Positions 18,340-26,815 of a DNA stretch of 64,000 nucleotides are shown piece after piece; the stretch's first letter is position 1, and the number at the start of each line of letters is the position of its first letter. The stretch spans positions 1,010 to 65,009 of the forward strand of contig JAYQTH010000001.1 of NCBI GenBank assembly GCA_038147295.1, read 5' to 3'. The position numbers and the translations under genes are program-made. The notes beneath the pieces are model-generated. The model was not told the origin of the DNA and did no database searches. It saw only the letters and a program-made list of their open reading frames with translations. This stretch comes from Gammaproteobacteria bacterium. GTDB lineage: Bacteria > Pseudomonadota > Gammaproteobacteria > Magnimaribacterales > TMED112.

Positions 18340-19010
18340 AAATAATTTTTTTACTTTTACTTGGCTTCTCACTGGGTGGAAATGCTTTTAAGAGCTTTGA
18401 AGCAGAGTTTACCTTCTCTCATCACGAGTTTGGTGATTTTAAGATGACCAGAAAGTTTATAGTTGATGGCAGCACAGCACAATCGAGTTTTAAGTTACGA
18501 CCCTTGTTGATATTTGAATACTCACAAAAATCAAAATTAAATATATCAGGTTCAGAAGTTACCTCTATAAGAACAGAAGTTAAAAATAATATACCAGGTG
18601 TAAATCCAAGTTTTTTTGCAGTGAACTTCTCGGACATGGGCGTTGTTTCAGAAGAGTTAGAATTCAATATCACTAAGCAAAATAAGATTCTTGATCAACT
18701 TGGTAGCGACTTACAAATGAGGCTCAATATTAAAAATAACATAGCCAAATTTAGTTTTGATGTCATTGATAATGATAAAGGAAATGTCGTCACTAGAACT
18801 TATGCAGTTGAAGGCAGGGAAACAATTAAAACAAGCTTTGGCGAATTTAATTGTATAAAAGTCTCTGCAACTGCAGATACAGCTAGCAAAATTATTTACT
18901 ATCTGGCACCTGAGCTTGATTATTTTGTCATTAAAAGCCTAGTGGAGCTGAAAAATGGAAAAATTAATACTTTAAAAATTAATAAGAGGCCTAAGTTTTT
19001 GGAAGAGTAA
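18336..19010 (+). CDS. Exported protein, DUF3108-like
   Basis: Signal peptide; E.IKT.FGEF.CIKV and YLAPELDY patterns; usual position after purN. Confidence 0.7.
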   Translation: MKIIFLLLLGFSLGGNAFKSFEAEFTFSHHEFGDFKMTRKFIVDGSTAQSSFKLRPLLIFEYSQKSKLNISGSEVTSIRTEVKNNIPGVNPSFFAVNFSDMGVVSEELEFNITKQNKILDQLGSDLQMRLNIKNNIAKFSFDVIDNDKGNVVTRTYAVEGRETIKTSFGEFNCIKVSATADTASKIIYYLAPELDYFVIKSLVELKNGKINTLKINKRPKFLEE

Positions 19011-19557
19011 CGCCTGTCTGCCCTTGATACTTGCCACCTCGATCCTTGTAGCTTGTCTCACAAACCTGATCTGATTCAAAAAATATCATCTGGGCAACAC
19101 CTTCGTTTGCATATATTTTTGCTGGTAAGTTGGTTGTATTTGAAAATTCTAATGTGACGTGCCCCTCCCATTCAGGCTCAAGTGGAGTTACATTTACAAT
19201 GATTCCACATCTTGCATATGTTGATTTTCCTAGACAGAGAGTTAGAACTGAACGTGGTATTTTAAAATATTCTATTGTTCTAGCCAAAGCAAAGGAGTTT
19301 GGCGGAATAATACATTCATTTGATTTGATATCGACAAAACTTTTAGGATCAAATTTTTTTGGATCAACAACTGATGAAAAAGTATTGGTAAAAATTTTGA
19401 ATTCATCTGCGCATCTCACATCATAGCCATAGCTAGAAACACCGTATGAAATAATTTTTTCTCCATCAACCTCTCTGACTTGGTTTTCCTGAAATGGATG
19501 GATGAGATCGTTCTTTAATGATTGCTCCTTGATCCAAATATCAGATTTAATGCTCAT
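18991..19557 (-). CDS. dcd: dCTP deaminase
   Basis: [35 protein letters not shown]. Confidence 0.97.
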   Translation of the reverse strand: MSIKSDIWIKEQSLKNDLIHPFQENQVREVDGEKIISYGVSSYGYDVRCADEFKIFTNTFSSVVDPKKFDPKSFVDIKSNECIIPPNSFALARTIEYFKIPRSVLTLCLGKSTYARCGIIVNVTPLEPEWEGHVTLEFSNTTNLPAKIYANEGVAQMIFFESDQVCETSYKDRGGKYQGQTGVTLPKT

Positions 19558-20159
19558 TATTCTATTTCTCTTCTACCAGAAATTGCTCTTCCCAAAGTTG
19601 TGTTATCAACATACTCCAATTCTCCTCCCATTGGAACTCCATACGCTATCCTGGTAACAGTAATTTCATGATCTTGGATATTATCCTTGATGTAAAAAGA
19701 GGTGGCATCTCCTTCAACAGTCGGGCTAGTAGCTAAAATGATTTCCTTTATTTTGCTACTTGCAATAGTTTCTAAAAGCTTAGGTATGCCAAGCTGATCT
19801 GGCCCAATTCCATCAATAGGTGATAATCTACCCATTAAGACAAAATACCTGCCTTGATAGCTGCCAGATTTTTCAATTGCTATCACATCACTTGGATTTT
19901 CTACCACACAAATAGCTTCTTGGTCTCTTTTATTGCTCGAGCAAATTCTGCAGACTCTATTTTCGGTAAGATCTCTGCAAATCTCACAATTGTGTATATC
20001 TACAATAGCTCTAGAAATTGTTGCTGCTAATTTTTTTGCACCTTCTCTGTTCTTTTCTAAAAGATGGAACGCCATTCTTTGCGCAGTCTTTTCACCTACA
20101 CCAGGCAAAACTTTAAATGCAGAAATTAGTTCAAACAATAAGCCCTCTTCACTCTTCAT
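19557..20159 (-). CDS. recR: Recombination mediator RecR
   Basis: [11 protein letters not shown] HhH, C4 zinc finger, [18 protein letters not shown]. Confidence 0.97.
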   Translation of the reverse strand: MKSEEGLLFELISAFKVLPGVGEKTAQRMAFHLLEKNREGAKKLAATISRAIVDIHNCEICRDLTENRVCRICSSNKRDQEAICVVENPSDVIAIEKSGSYQGRYFVLMGRLSPIDGIGPDQLGIPKLLETIASSKIKEIILATSPTVEGDATSFYIKDNIQDHEITVTRIAYGVPMGGELEYVDNTTLGRAISGRREIE

Positions 20160-21714
20160 GATCTTTAATCGATAAGTTTTCTCTATTTATGTTTGCACCA
20201 TATTTGTTATTTAAGTTTTGCACCAAATCACTTTTTAATATTTCTTCTTTAAAATCATCCAATTCTTTATTTCTAGCTTCTTGCCACTTGGACGAGGGTG
20301 TAACCTGTGCCTCTTTTGCTTCAATAATTGCAATGTCATATTTTGGATATCCTGCTTTACGCAATGCCTCAACTAAATCGTTAATATTGCTTTCGTTAAT
20401 CCCAGTTACAAAAGTTTCTGAACCTTTAAAAGTTAACTTGGACCCGTCAACATTGTCTAATTGCATGTTTGCAAAAAATGCTCTGGAGGCTCCTCTTAAA
20501 TCTAGTCCATCAAATATATTTAGCCAGTTACTGGATGCCAACTTTTGTAAGTTTTTTCGAGGTTCTTTTGCCTCTTTTAACTCAATATCATCGTGTTCGT
20601 GTTGAGATTGGGATATTTCAGGTTCAGGCTCTGGTTCAATTAAGCTGGTTGCATTTTCATGCTTTTTTTTTACTTCACTTGCGTCATTTGAGTTAAATGT
20701 CAGACATCTAAGAGCAGCAATATCAAAGCAATCTCTAAAACTGCTTGTTTGCTTTGCATCAACAAGCCCATTGCAGAAAAATTGATAAAAAAGGTTTAAC
20801 TCATCTGCTTTGGAATCTTTATTCACAACAGATTCCATGATCTTGTCATGAAAAAGCTTTAGAGCCCTATCGAATAAAATCTCATAATTCACATCAAGCT
20901 CTGAGTACCTTTTAAGTTCATTCACCACTTCAGCTGATTCATTCAAAAGAATCATTTCTATTAACTTTGTAGTGGAGGATATATCTAGGACCCCATGTAA
21001 TTTTGAAACTTCATTTTCTGATAACTTATTATCGCAATGTGAAGCAGCCTGATCAGCCATTGTCAATGAGTCTCTTACCGATCCTTTTGCTAATTCAACC
21101 AAAAGGTCGACAGACTTGTCATCTGAAATAATGCCCTCTGATTCAAATATTCTTTTTAAATTTTGAGAAATCAACTCATCTGAGACCAGCTTTAAATTAA
21201 ATTGCAGACATCTTGACACTATTGTTTTTGGAATTTTATGTGCCTCGGTAGTAGCTAAAATAAAAACTACATGGGCAGGTGGCTCTTCAAGAGTTTTTAG
21301 CAAAGCATTAAAGCTTTGAATCGACAACATATGCACTTCGTCAATCAAATAGATCTTAAAATTACCACTCGATGGCCGATACTGCACTGACTCTAATAAG
21401 TCTCGCATGTCGTCAACACCTGTTCTTGAAGCAGCATCTATTTCGATCAAATCTAAATGAGAGTTTGAGTTGATCTCTTCACAGACGCTACAAACATTGC
21501 ATGTTTCACCTTTTTCGCTATCGTAGTTTTTGCAATTTAGAGCTTTTGCAAATAGTCTACCAAGAGTAGTTTTCCCAACCCCTCTGGTTCCAGAAAAAAT
21601 ATAGCCATTATGGAAATTTTTATTCTTAATTATGTTTCTTAGTGCATTTACTGTGGTCTCTTGACCAATTACTTCTGAAAAACTTTTAGGTCTATATTTA
21701 TTTGCTAATGCCAT
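20149..21714 (-). CDS. dnaX: DNA polymerase III subunit gamma/tau
   Basis: KYRP, GTRGVGKT, EIDAASRT, IDEVHML, FNALLKTLEEPP, SRC. Confidence 0.97.
   Translation of the reverse strand: MALANKYRPKSFSEVIGQETTVNALRNIIKNKNFHNGYIFSGTRGVGKTTLGRLFAKALNCKNYDSEKGETCNVCSVCEEINSNSHLDLIEIDAASRTGVDDMRDLLESVQYRPSSGNFKIYLIDEVHMLSIQSFNALLKTLEEPPAHVVFILATTEAHKIPKTIVSRCLQFNLKLVSDELISQNLKRIFESEGIISDDKSVDLLVELAKGSVRDSLTMADQAASHCDNKLSENEVSKLHGVLDISSTTKLIEMILLNESAEVVNELKRYSELDVNYEILFDRALKLFHDKIMESVVNKDSKADELNLFYQFFCNGLVDAKQTSSFRDCFDIAALRCLTFNSNDASEVKKKHENATSLIEPEPEPEISQSQHEHDDIELKEAKEPRKNLQKLASSNWLNIFDGLDLRGASRAFFANMQLDNVDGSKLTFKGSETFVTGINESNINDLVEALRKAGYPKYDIAIIEAKEAQVTPSSKWQEARNKELDDFKEEILKSDLVQNLNNKYGANINRENLSIKDHEE
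20657..20671 (-). promoter_or_regulatory. Putative recoding (frameshift or transcriptional slippage) site in dnaX
   Basis: Coding strand GTA AAA AAA AAG CAT GAA (A9G); the -1 frame reads AAA GCA TGA. Confidence 0.65.
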
Positions 21715-22148
21715 TAATCTAAATTATTGAGAGCAGATTTTATTATTTCATAGTTGAATCCCCTGTAGGACAAAAATCTTAAAATCTTTTCTTTTTCTTT
21801 ACCCTCAGGCAGTTTTGACCTTAATTTTTTTTTTGCTAAATCTTTACACGACTCAACCCAGTCAAATTCATCGCTATGCAAATTAAATAATTCTTGCTCT
21901 ATGCCCTTCTCTCGAAGATACATTTCAATATGATTTGGCCCGTAGCCGCTTTGGTACTTTTGCTGAATTACAGCTTGAGCGTACCTTTCATCCGAAAGAA
22001 GATTATTTTTAATAAGCTCAGATATGACATCTCCAACCTCTTCTGAGTTGTCAGAGTATTTTGATATCTTGTTCCTTAATTCTTTGACAGAGTATTCTCT
22101 TCTGGCAAGGAAATCTAAAGCTTTATTTCTTAAACTAGTTTCGGGCAC
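21714..22148 (-). CDS. recX: Regulatory protein RecX
   Basis: ALDFLARREYS..EL, LSDERYA, YGP..I...L..KG, RFLSYRGF. Confidence 0.9.
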   Translation of the reverse strand: MPETSLRNKALDFLARREYSVKELRNKISKYSDNSEEVGDVISELIKNNLLSDERYAQAVIQQKYQSGYGPNHIEMYLREKGIEQELFNLHSDEFDWVESCKDLAKKKLRSKLPEGKEKEKILRFLSYRGFNYEIIKSALNNLD

Positions 22149-22151
22149 CCA

Positions 22152-22646
22152 CTAATTATAAGGTACAACTCTTGATCTGCCAGCGGATCTGATTATTCTT
22201 ACTTTGTCGCCAGCTTTTACTTCTTGAACTTCATCCTCAGAAGCTTCTTGAACGATAGCTACCTCTCTGTTATTGCTATCCAATTTTATGATTATTTCCA
22301 CGCCTTTTTTTCTGGAAATTGATTCGCCAACTTCGGAGCCAACTACAGAACCTACAAGACCACCAACTATTGCACCAATTTGCTCAGAAGTTTCTCCATC
22401 GCCGCCAGCTGCTCTGCCCGCTGCTCCAGATCCAACTATTGCGCCTAAAACTGTACCTGAAGTTGCTCCTACATCTCTGTCTCCTTCTATTACGACGGAT
22501 CTAACCTGAGTAACAACTCCGGTTTGAACATACTGGGACTTGCCTGCTGCATCTCGAGCAACAACATCGGCTTGAAAACCTCCGGTAGCACAGCCTACAA
22601 AAGATAAAATTACGAGGATTGAGATTATTGAATTTAGTTTCTTCAT
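22152..22646 (-). CDS. Glycine-zipper outer-membrane lipoprotein (SlyB/Pcp-like)
   Basis: FVGC lipobox, GxxxG zipper repeats, GVEIIIKLD...IVQ...GDKVR. Confidence 0.85.
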   Translation of the reverse strand: MKKLNSIISILVILSFVGCATGGFQADVVARDAAGKSQYVQTGVVTQVRSVVIEGDRDVGATSGTVLGAIVGSGAAGRAAGGDGETSEQIGAIVGGLVGSVVGSEVGESISRKKGVEIIIKLDSNNREVAIVQEASEDEVQEVKAGDKVRIIRSAGRSRVVPYN

Positions 22647-22900
22647 GATTCTTTGGATAATGTTAATAGAGGAAAAGTTCCATCATGGATCTTAAAAATA
22701 TCCTCTACGGCACAATTTAATACCATAGCTATTTTTAATGCAAGATATGTCGAAGGAATATAGATTCCATTTTCAATTGAATTGATGCTCTTACGAGACA
22801 CAAGCACTGCTTTTGCAAGCTCGGCTTGAGTTAGCCCTGCTAGTCTTCTATGTCTGGCTAAAAAATTTATAAAGAATTTATGATTGTTCGGTTTGCTCAT
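22643..22900 (-). CDS. Xre-family HTH transcriptional regulator
   Basis: LTQAELAKAVLVSRKSINSIENGIYIPS..LALKIA. Confidence 0.9.
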   Translation of the reverse strand: MSKPNNHKFFINFLARHRRLAGLTQAELAKAVLVSRKSINSIENGIYIPSTYLALKIAMVLNCAVEDIFKIHDGTFPLLTLSKES

Positions 22901-22934
22901 AATGTAACGTTTACTTATCTAAATATAGCATAAA

Positions 22935-22961
22935 TGTAACTTAAACTTAACATAAGTTACA
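22935..22961. promoter_or_regulatory. Perfect inverted repeat TGTAACTTA-N9-TAAGTTACA, candidate operator
   Basis: Read directly; AATGTAAC half-site also repeated at 22901-22908. Confidence 0.6.
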
Positions 22962-23002
22962 AAAAATATTGAAAATAAATGAAATATCAATAGATTTACT
23001 AA

Positions 23003-23061
23003 CGTTGATGCTCAGGTGAGGTCAACATTTTTAACTTGTCGCTTTTAAGGAGGACATTATG
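23003..23061 (+). promoter_or_regulatory. ROSE-like RNA thermometer in the small-HSP leader
   Basis: 5' hairpin GTTGA..CTCA-GG-TGAG..TCAAC, then an SD hairpin TGTCGCT-TTTA-AGGAGGACA containing the U(U/C)GCU motif. Confidence 0.65.
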
Positions 23062-23475
23062 TTAATAAATTTTACTGATCCTATGTTTTCAAACCGTGTA
23101 TTAGGTTTTGAAACTCTCGTAGATAGGCTGGAACGAATTTCCAATGAGTCTCAGTCTTCATACCCACCATATAATATTTATAAGGATGGATTAAAATTTC
23201 AGATAGAGATTGCTCTTGCTGGAATTGATAAAAAAGATGTTGATATCGAATTATGCGATGGCATCTTAACAATCACGCACAACAATGGTGAGGAAACAAA
23301 TTCCAATACCGAAACAGTGCACAGAGGAATAGCCAAAAGATCCTTTAAGCTTAAGTTTACTTTAGCAGAAGATCTTGAGGTAATAGGAGCGGCCTCAAAA
23401 AATGGATTGCTAACAATCGATTTAGAAAAGGTTCTTCCTGATCATAAAAAACCTCGAGTAATTAATATAAAATAA
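23059..23475 (+). CDS. ibpA: Small heat-shock protein (Hsp20, IbpA-like)
   Basis: YPPYNI, IEIALAG, HRGIAKRSF, NGLLTIDL, C-terminal PRVINI. Confidence 0.92.
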   Translation: MLINFTDPMFSNRVLGFETLVDRLERISNESQSSYPPYNIYKDGLKFQIEIALAGIDKKDVDIELCDGILTITHNNGEETNSNTETVHRGIAKRSFKLKFTLAEDLEVIGAASKNGLLTIDLEKVLPDHKKPRVINIK

Positions 23476-23482
23476 TATCTTT

Positions 23483-23507
23483 GGGCGACAAAAGTCGCCC
23501 TTTCATT
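23483..23507 (+). terminator. Putative terminator after ibpA
   Basis: GGGCGAC-AAAA-GTCGCCC followed by TTTCATT. Confidence 0.7.
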
Positions 23508-25442
23508 ATGAGAATTTTTTGGGCAATACTTTTAAACTTGGCAATTCATGCTGAGGTTGCTAGAACCGATAATGCTGAAATTTCTATTATTGGTTTCAAT
23601 AATTACATAGAAACACCGGGAGAAGTTCAGCTTGGCTATAGATTTAAACTAACTCCAGGTTGGCATACATACTGGATTAACCCTGGTGATTCAGGGGGTC
23701 CAGTTGAATTTATTTTTACAGAGGGAAATGCTTTCAATATCTCTGATATTTCTTGGCCTGGCCCAGAAACAATTCCATACCCGCCTTTAATGACCTATGG
23801 ATATACGGATGAAGTGGTCTTCCCTTTTACAATTGACCTAAAGGATCTTGAAGATAAAGAAATTACAATTAAAACAAGGTTTTTAGTCTGCGATGAAATA
23901 TGCATTCCTGAGCAGACAGAACTGGTCTTGCTTTTAAAAAATAAGTTTTTAAATGTCACAGAGAATTCGAGCTTGTTATCGAAGTGGTTGGGAAGATTGC
24001 CTTTAAGGGCTCCACCAGATTTAGAAATCAAAAAAGAGCAGCAAAAACTTGCATTCTCTTTTAATGACATTGATGAAGAGAGCTACTATTTCCCAATCAG
24101 TGACAAAGAATTTGATTTTTCAAGCCCTCAAGCGCAAACAAACAATACCCTAAATATCAAACTTTACCCTGATTTTACAGGTCCTGCTCAAGGCATTCTT
24201 AAAGCAGGAGGCAGCTATTACACTATTGACGTACCCTTTGCAGAAAATAATTCAGCTAATGAGTTAAGCCTCATTATGGCCATAGTTTTTGCCTTTCTAG
24301 GTGGCTTGATTCTCAATTTGATGCCCTGCGTATTGCCAGTAGTGGCACTAAAAGCATTCTCATTAGTTAAAAGTGCTGAAAAATCCAATACATCTGTGGC
24401 TATAAATGCCTTAGTTTACGTATTGGGTGTAGTGCTAACTTTTATGGGTATTGCTGTAACACTTTTAGTGTTAAAAAATTCTGGTGAATTAATTGGATGG
24501 GGTTACCAGTTGCAATCACCAACTGTTGTTTCCTCGTTAAGTATTTTAATTTTTTTAGTTGGGCTGATACTGCTTGGAAATATTTCGCTGGGGTCATCGC
24601 TTTCAAAGCTTGAGAATAATAATAAGTCCCAAGGATTAGTGGGGTCGTTTTTTACTGGGGCACTTTCTGTGATAGTGGCATCTCCATGTACAGCACCTTT
24701 CATGGGGGCAGCTTTAGGCTTTGCATTGGTGCAACCTGATATTATTTCTTTAAGCATTTTCTTCTCACTGGCGATAGGTTTCGCTGCCCCATACTTTCTA
24801 TTCGCTATCAAGCCTGATTTGATTAAGTACTTACCAAAACCAGGCATTTGGATGGAGCAGCTTAAACAATTATTCGGTTTTATGATGATTGGTGCAGCCC
24901 TTTGGTTATTGTGGGTACTGTCTTTACAAATTAGCGCTGACTCTCTTATTGTTGTGCTTATCGCATGGTTTGTTGGGGGATTAATTGTTTGGGTTATATC
25001 CCAAACAATGAATATAGCTTTTAAGTTTGGGGTGGTTTTTCTACTTCTTGCTGGATGTTTAACAATTTTTGATTGGGATCTAGAAAAAAAAGAATTGCAG
25101 ACAGACTCTGTAAACACATGGACAACTGAATACGAACAAGAATTAAGATTATCAGACAGCCCATATTTCATAAATTTTACTGCTGCGTGGTGCATAACTT
25201 GCCAAGTCAATGAAGCAATTGCTTTCACAAATGCAGTTGAAGAAAAATTTAGGATCAAGGGAATTACTTACTTAAAAGCTGATTGGACGAACAGAGATGA
25301 ATCCATATTTAAAGAACTACAAAAATATCAAAGATCAGGTGTGCCTACCTATGTCTTGTGGCACCCAAAGCTAAATGAGCCTATACTTTTAAATGAAGTA
25401 TTAACTGAGAGCTACTTGCTCAGGATGATTGATGAAATTTAA
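23508..25442 (+). CDS. DsbD/ScsB-class thiol:disulfide interchange protein (start reassigned to ATG at 23508)
   Basis: WHTYWINPGDSG and CDEIC N-domain; NLMPCVLP and ASPCTAPF TM cysteines; WCITC thioredoxin domain. Confidence 0.9.
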   Translation: MRIFWAILLNLAIHAEVARTDNAEISIIGFNNYIETPGEVQLGYRFKLTPGWHTYWINPGDSGGPVEFIFTEGNAFNISDISWPGPETIPYPPLMTYGYTDEVVFPFTIDLKDLEDKEITIKTRFLVCDEICIPEQTELVLLLKNKFLNVTENSSLLSKWLGRLPLRAPPDLEIKKEQQKLAFSFNDIDEESYYFPISDKEFDFSSPQAQTNNTLNIKLYPDFTGPAQGILKAGGSYYTIDVPFAENNSANELSLIMAIVFAFLGGLILNLMPCVLPVVALKAFSLVKSAEKSNTSVAINALVYVLGVVLTFMGIAVTLLVLKNSGELIGWGYQLQSPTVVSSLSILIFLVGLILLGNISLGSSLSKLENNNKSQGLVGSFFTGALSVIVASPCTAPFMGAALGFALVQPDIISLSIFFSLAIGFAAPYFLFAIKPDLIKYLPKPGIWMEQLKQLFGFMMIGAALWLLWVLSLQISADSLIVVLIAWFVGGLIVWVISQTMNIAFKFGVVFLLLAGCLTIFDWDLEKKELQTDSVNTWTTEYEQELRLSDSPYFINFTAAWCITCQVNEAIAFTNAVEEKFRIKGITYLKADWTNRDESIFKELQKYQRSGVPTYVLWHPKLNEPILLNEVLTESYLLRMIDEI

Positions 25443-26034
25443 GATATTATTCGTTTTTTTACTAAATTTAGTTCTATTTGGTTCTGCAAAGATTGATAAT
25501 ACTGCACCAGAATTTACATTAAAGAATGAATATGGTGAATTGATTTCATTAAGTGATTTTTCTGGTAAAACTGTCATTCTAGAATGGACAAATCATGAAT
25601 GCCCTTTTGTAAAAAGACATTATGAAACAGAAAACATGCAATCATTGCAAAAAGAATATACTGCAAATGAGGTTGTATGGCTCTCCATTATCTCTTCAGC
25701 ACCAAATAAACAGGGGTATGTAACCAATCAAGAATCTATAAGGCTTACTGCAGACAGAAATGCTTCGCCGACACATGTGCTTTTTGATACAGACGGAGAG
25801 GTGGGAAAAAAGTACAGTGCAAAAACAACCCCTCATATGTACATTATCGATAGCAACGAGATCTTGAGATATGATGGAGCAATTGATGATCTGGGAATGA
25901 CTGGAGCATTATTTAATACCGATCTTTCATTGGCCAAAAATTACGTACGTTTAGCAATGAATAGCATTGCTGACAATAAGGAAATTGTCGATAAAAATAC
26001 TAGGCCTTACGGTTGTTCAATCAAGTACCCTTAA
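25429..26034 (+). CDS. Exported redoxin (peroxiredoxin-like)
   Basis: Signal peptide, APEFTL, EWTNHECPFV, TTPHMY, GCSIKY. Confidence 0.85.
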   Translation: MMKFKILFVFLLNLVLFGSAKIDNTAPEFTLKNEYGELISLSDFSGKTVILEWTNHECPFVKRHYETENMQSLQKEYTANEVVWLSIISSAPNKQGYVTNQESIRLTADRNASPTHVLFDTDGEVGKKYSAKTTPHMYIIDSNEILRYDGAIDDLGMTGALFNTDLSLAKNYVRLAMNSIADNKEIVDKNTRPYGCSIKYP

Positions 26035-26113
26035 ACAATTTCCCCCTGAATAATATTTTGCTTATAACGACTCAAGTTGTATTATTTTAATTAGTACATT
26101 CAAGGGAGAGAAT

Positions 26114-26815
26114 ATGGAACCATTTATACTTTTTGGTGACCAGCATACACAAACTTTAATATGGTCAACTATAATAATTATCGCAATTTGTGTCGCTGCT
26201 AATTTTGCTAACAACAGCTCACAATCAATATTAACTAAAATAATTGGGCTTTCTCTTTTAGTTTTTGAAGCAACTAAACCATTCATTTACATTTTCGGAT
26301 TTGATAAACCCTGGGAAGAGTACCTACCTCTTCATATGTGCAACTTTAGTGCTGTTTTGATCGGTATTTTTTTACTAAGCAGAGAGAGGAATCAAATGTT
26401 TTTTGAGCTTCCTTTCTATTGGGGAATAGGCGGAGCTACTATGGCCATACTCACCCCAGATCTTGATTATGCATGGCCTGACATCGAGTACTTTATGTTC
26501 TTTTATGGTCATGGCCAAATATTGTTGGGAATATTTTTTGCCTTAGCTGTTTTGAAATATCGACCACAACTTAAAAATTTTCTCAAAATGGCATTAATAA
26601 CAATTGTTTTACTGATTCCCATGTATGGCATAAATTTTCTAATTGGCGGTGAAGCAAATTATTGGTACCTGATGGAAAGACCAGATGGTGAATCTCTAAT
26701 GGATTTAATGCCAGACCCACCATTTCATATGTTAGGCGTCGCGCCATTAGCTCTAATAGTTTTCTTCATAACTTATCTACCATTTTTGTTTTGGGATAAA
26801 TTTAAAAAAGCTTAA
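26114..26815 (+). CDS. TIGR02206/YwaF (TMEM164-family) membrane protein
   Basis: LPLHMC, AILTPD, FFYGH, NYWYL..P...SLMD. Confidence 0.85.
   Translation: MEPFILFGDQHTQTLIWSTIIIIAICVAANFANNSSQSILTKIIGLSLLVFEATKPFIYIFGFDKPWEEYLPLHMCNFSAVLIGIFLLSRERNQMFFELPFYWGIGGATMAILTPDLDYAWPDIEYFMFFYGHGQILLGIFFALAVLKYRPQLKNFLKMALITIVLLIPMYGINFLIGGEANYWYLMERPDGESLMDLMPDPPFHMLGVAPLALIVFFITYLPFLFWDKFKKA

Noticed and set aside
20618-20640. EPEPEPE short repeat in dnaX
   Set aside because: Ordinary low-complexity tau linker with degenerate codons, not a DNA repeat element
22935-22961. CIRCE element
   Set aside because: Spacing matches but the arm sequence does not; kept only as an unknown operator
22969-22995. 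Sigma32 promoter for ibpA
   Set aside because: TTGAAA is present but there is no convincing CCCCAT -10
24503-25258. 251-aa antisense ORF within the DsbD-like gene, and the other short antisense or alternate-frame ORFs in the track
   Set aside because: Shadow ORFs opposite or inside well-supported genes, with no motifs or SD; expected opposite hydrophobic coding regions
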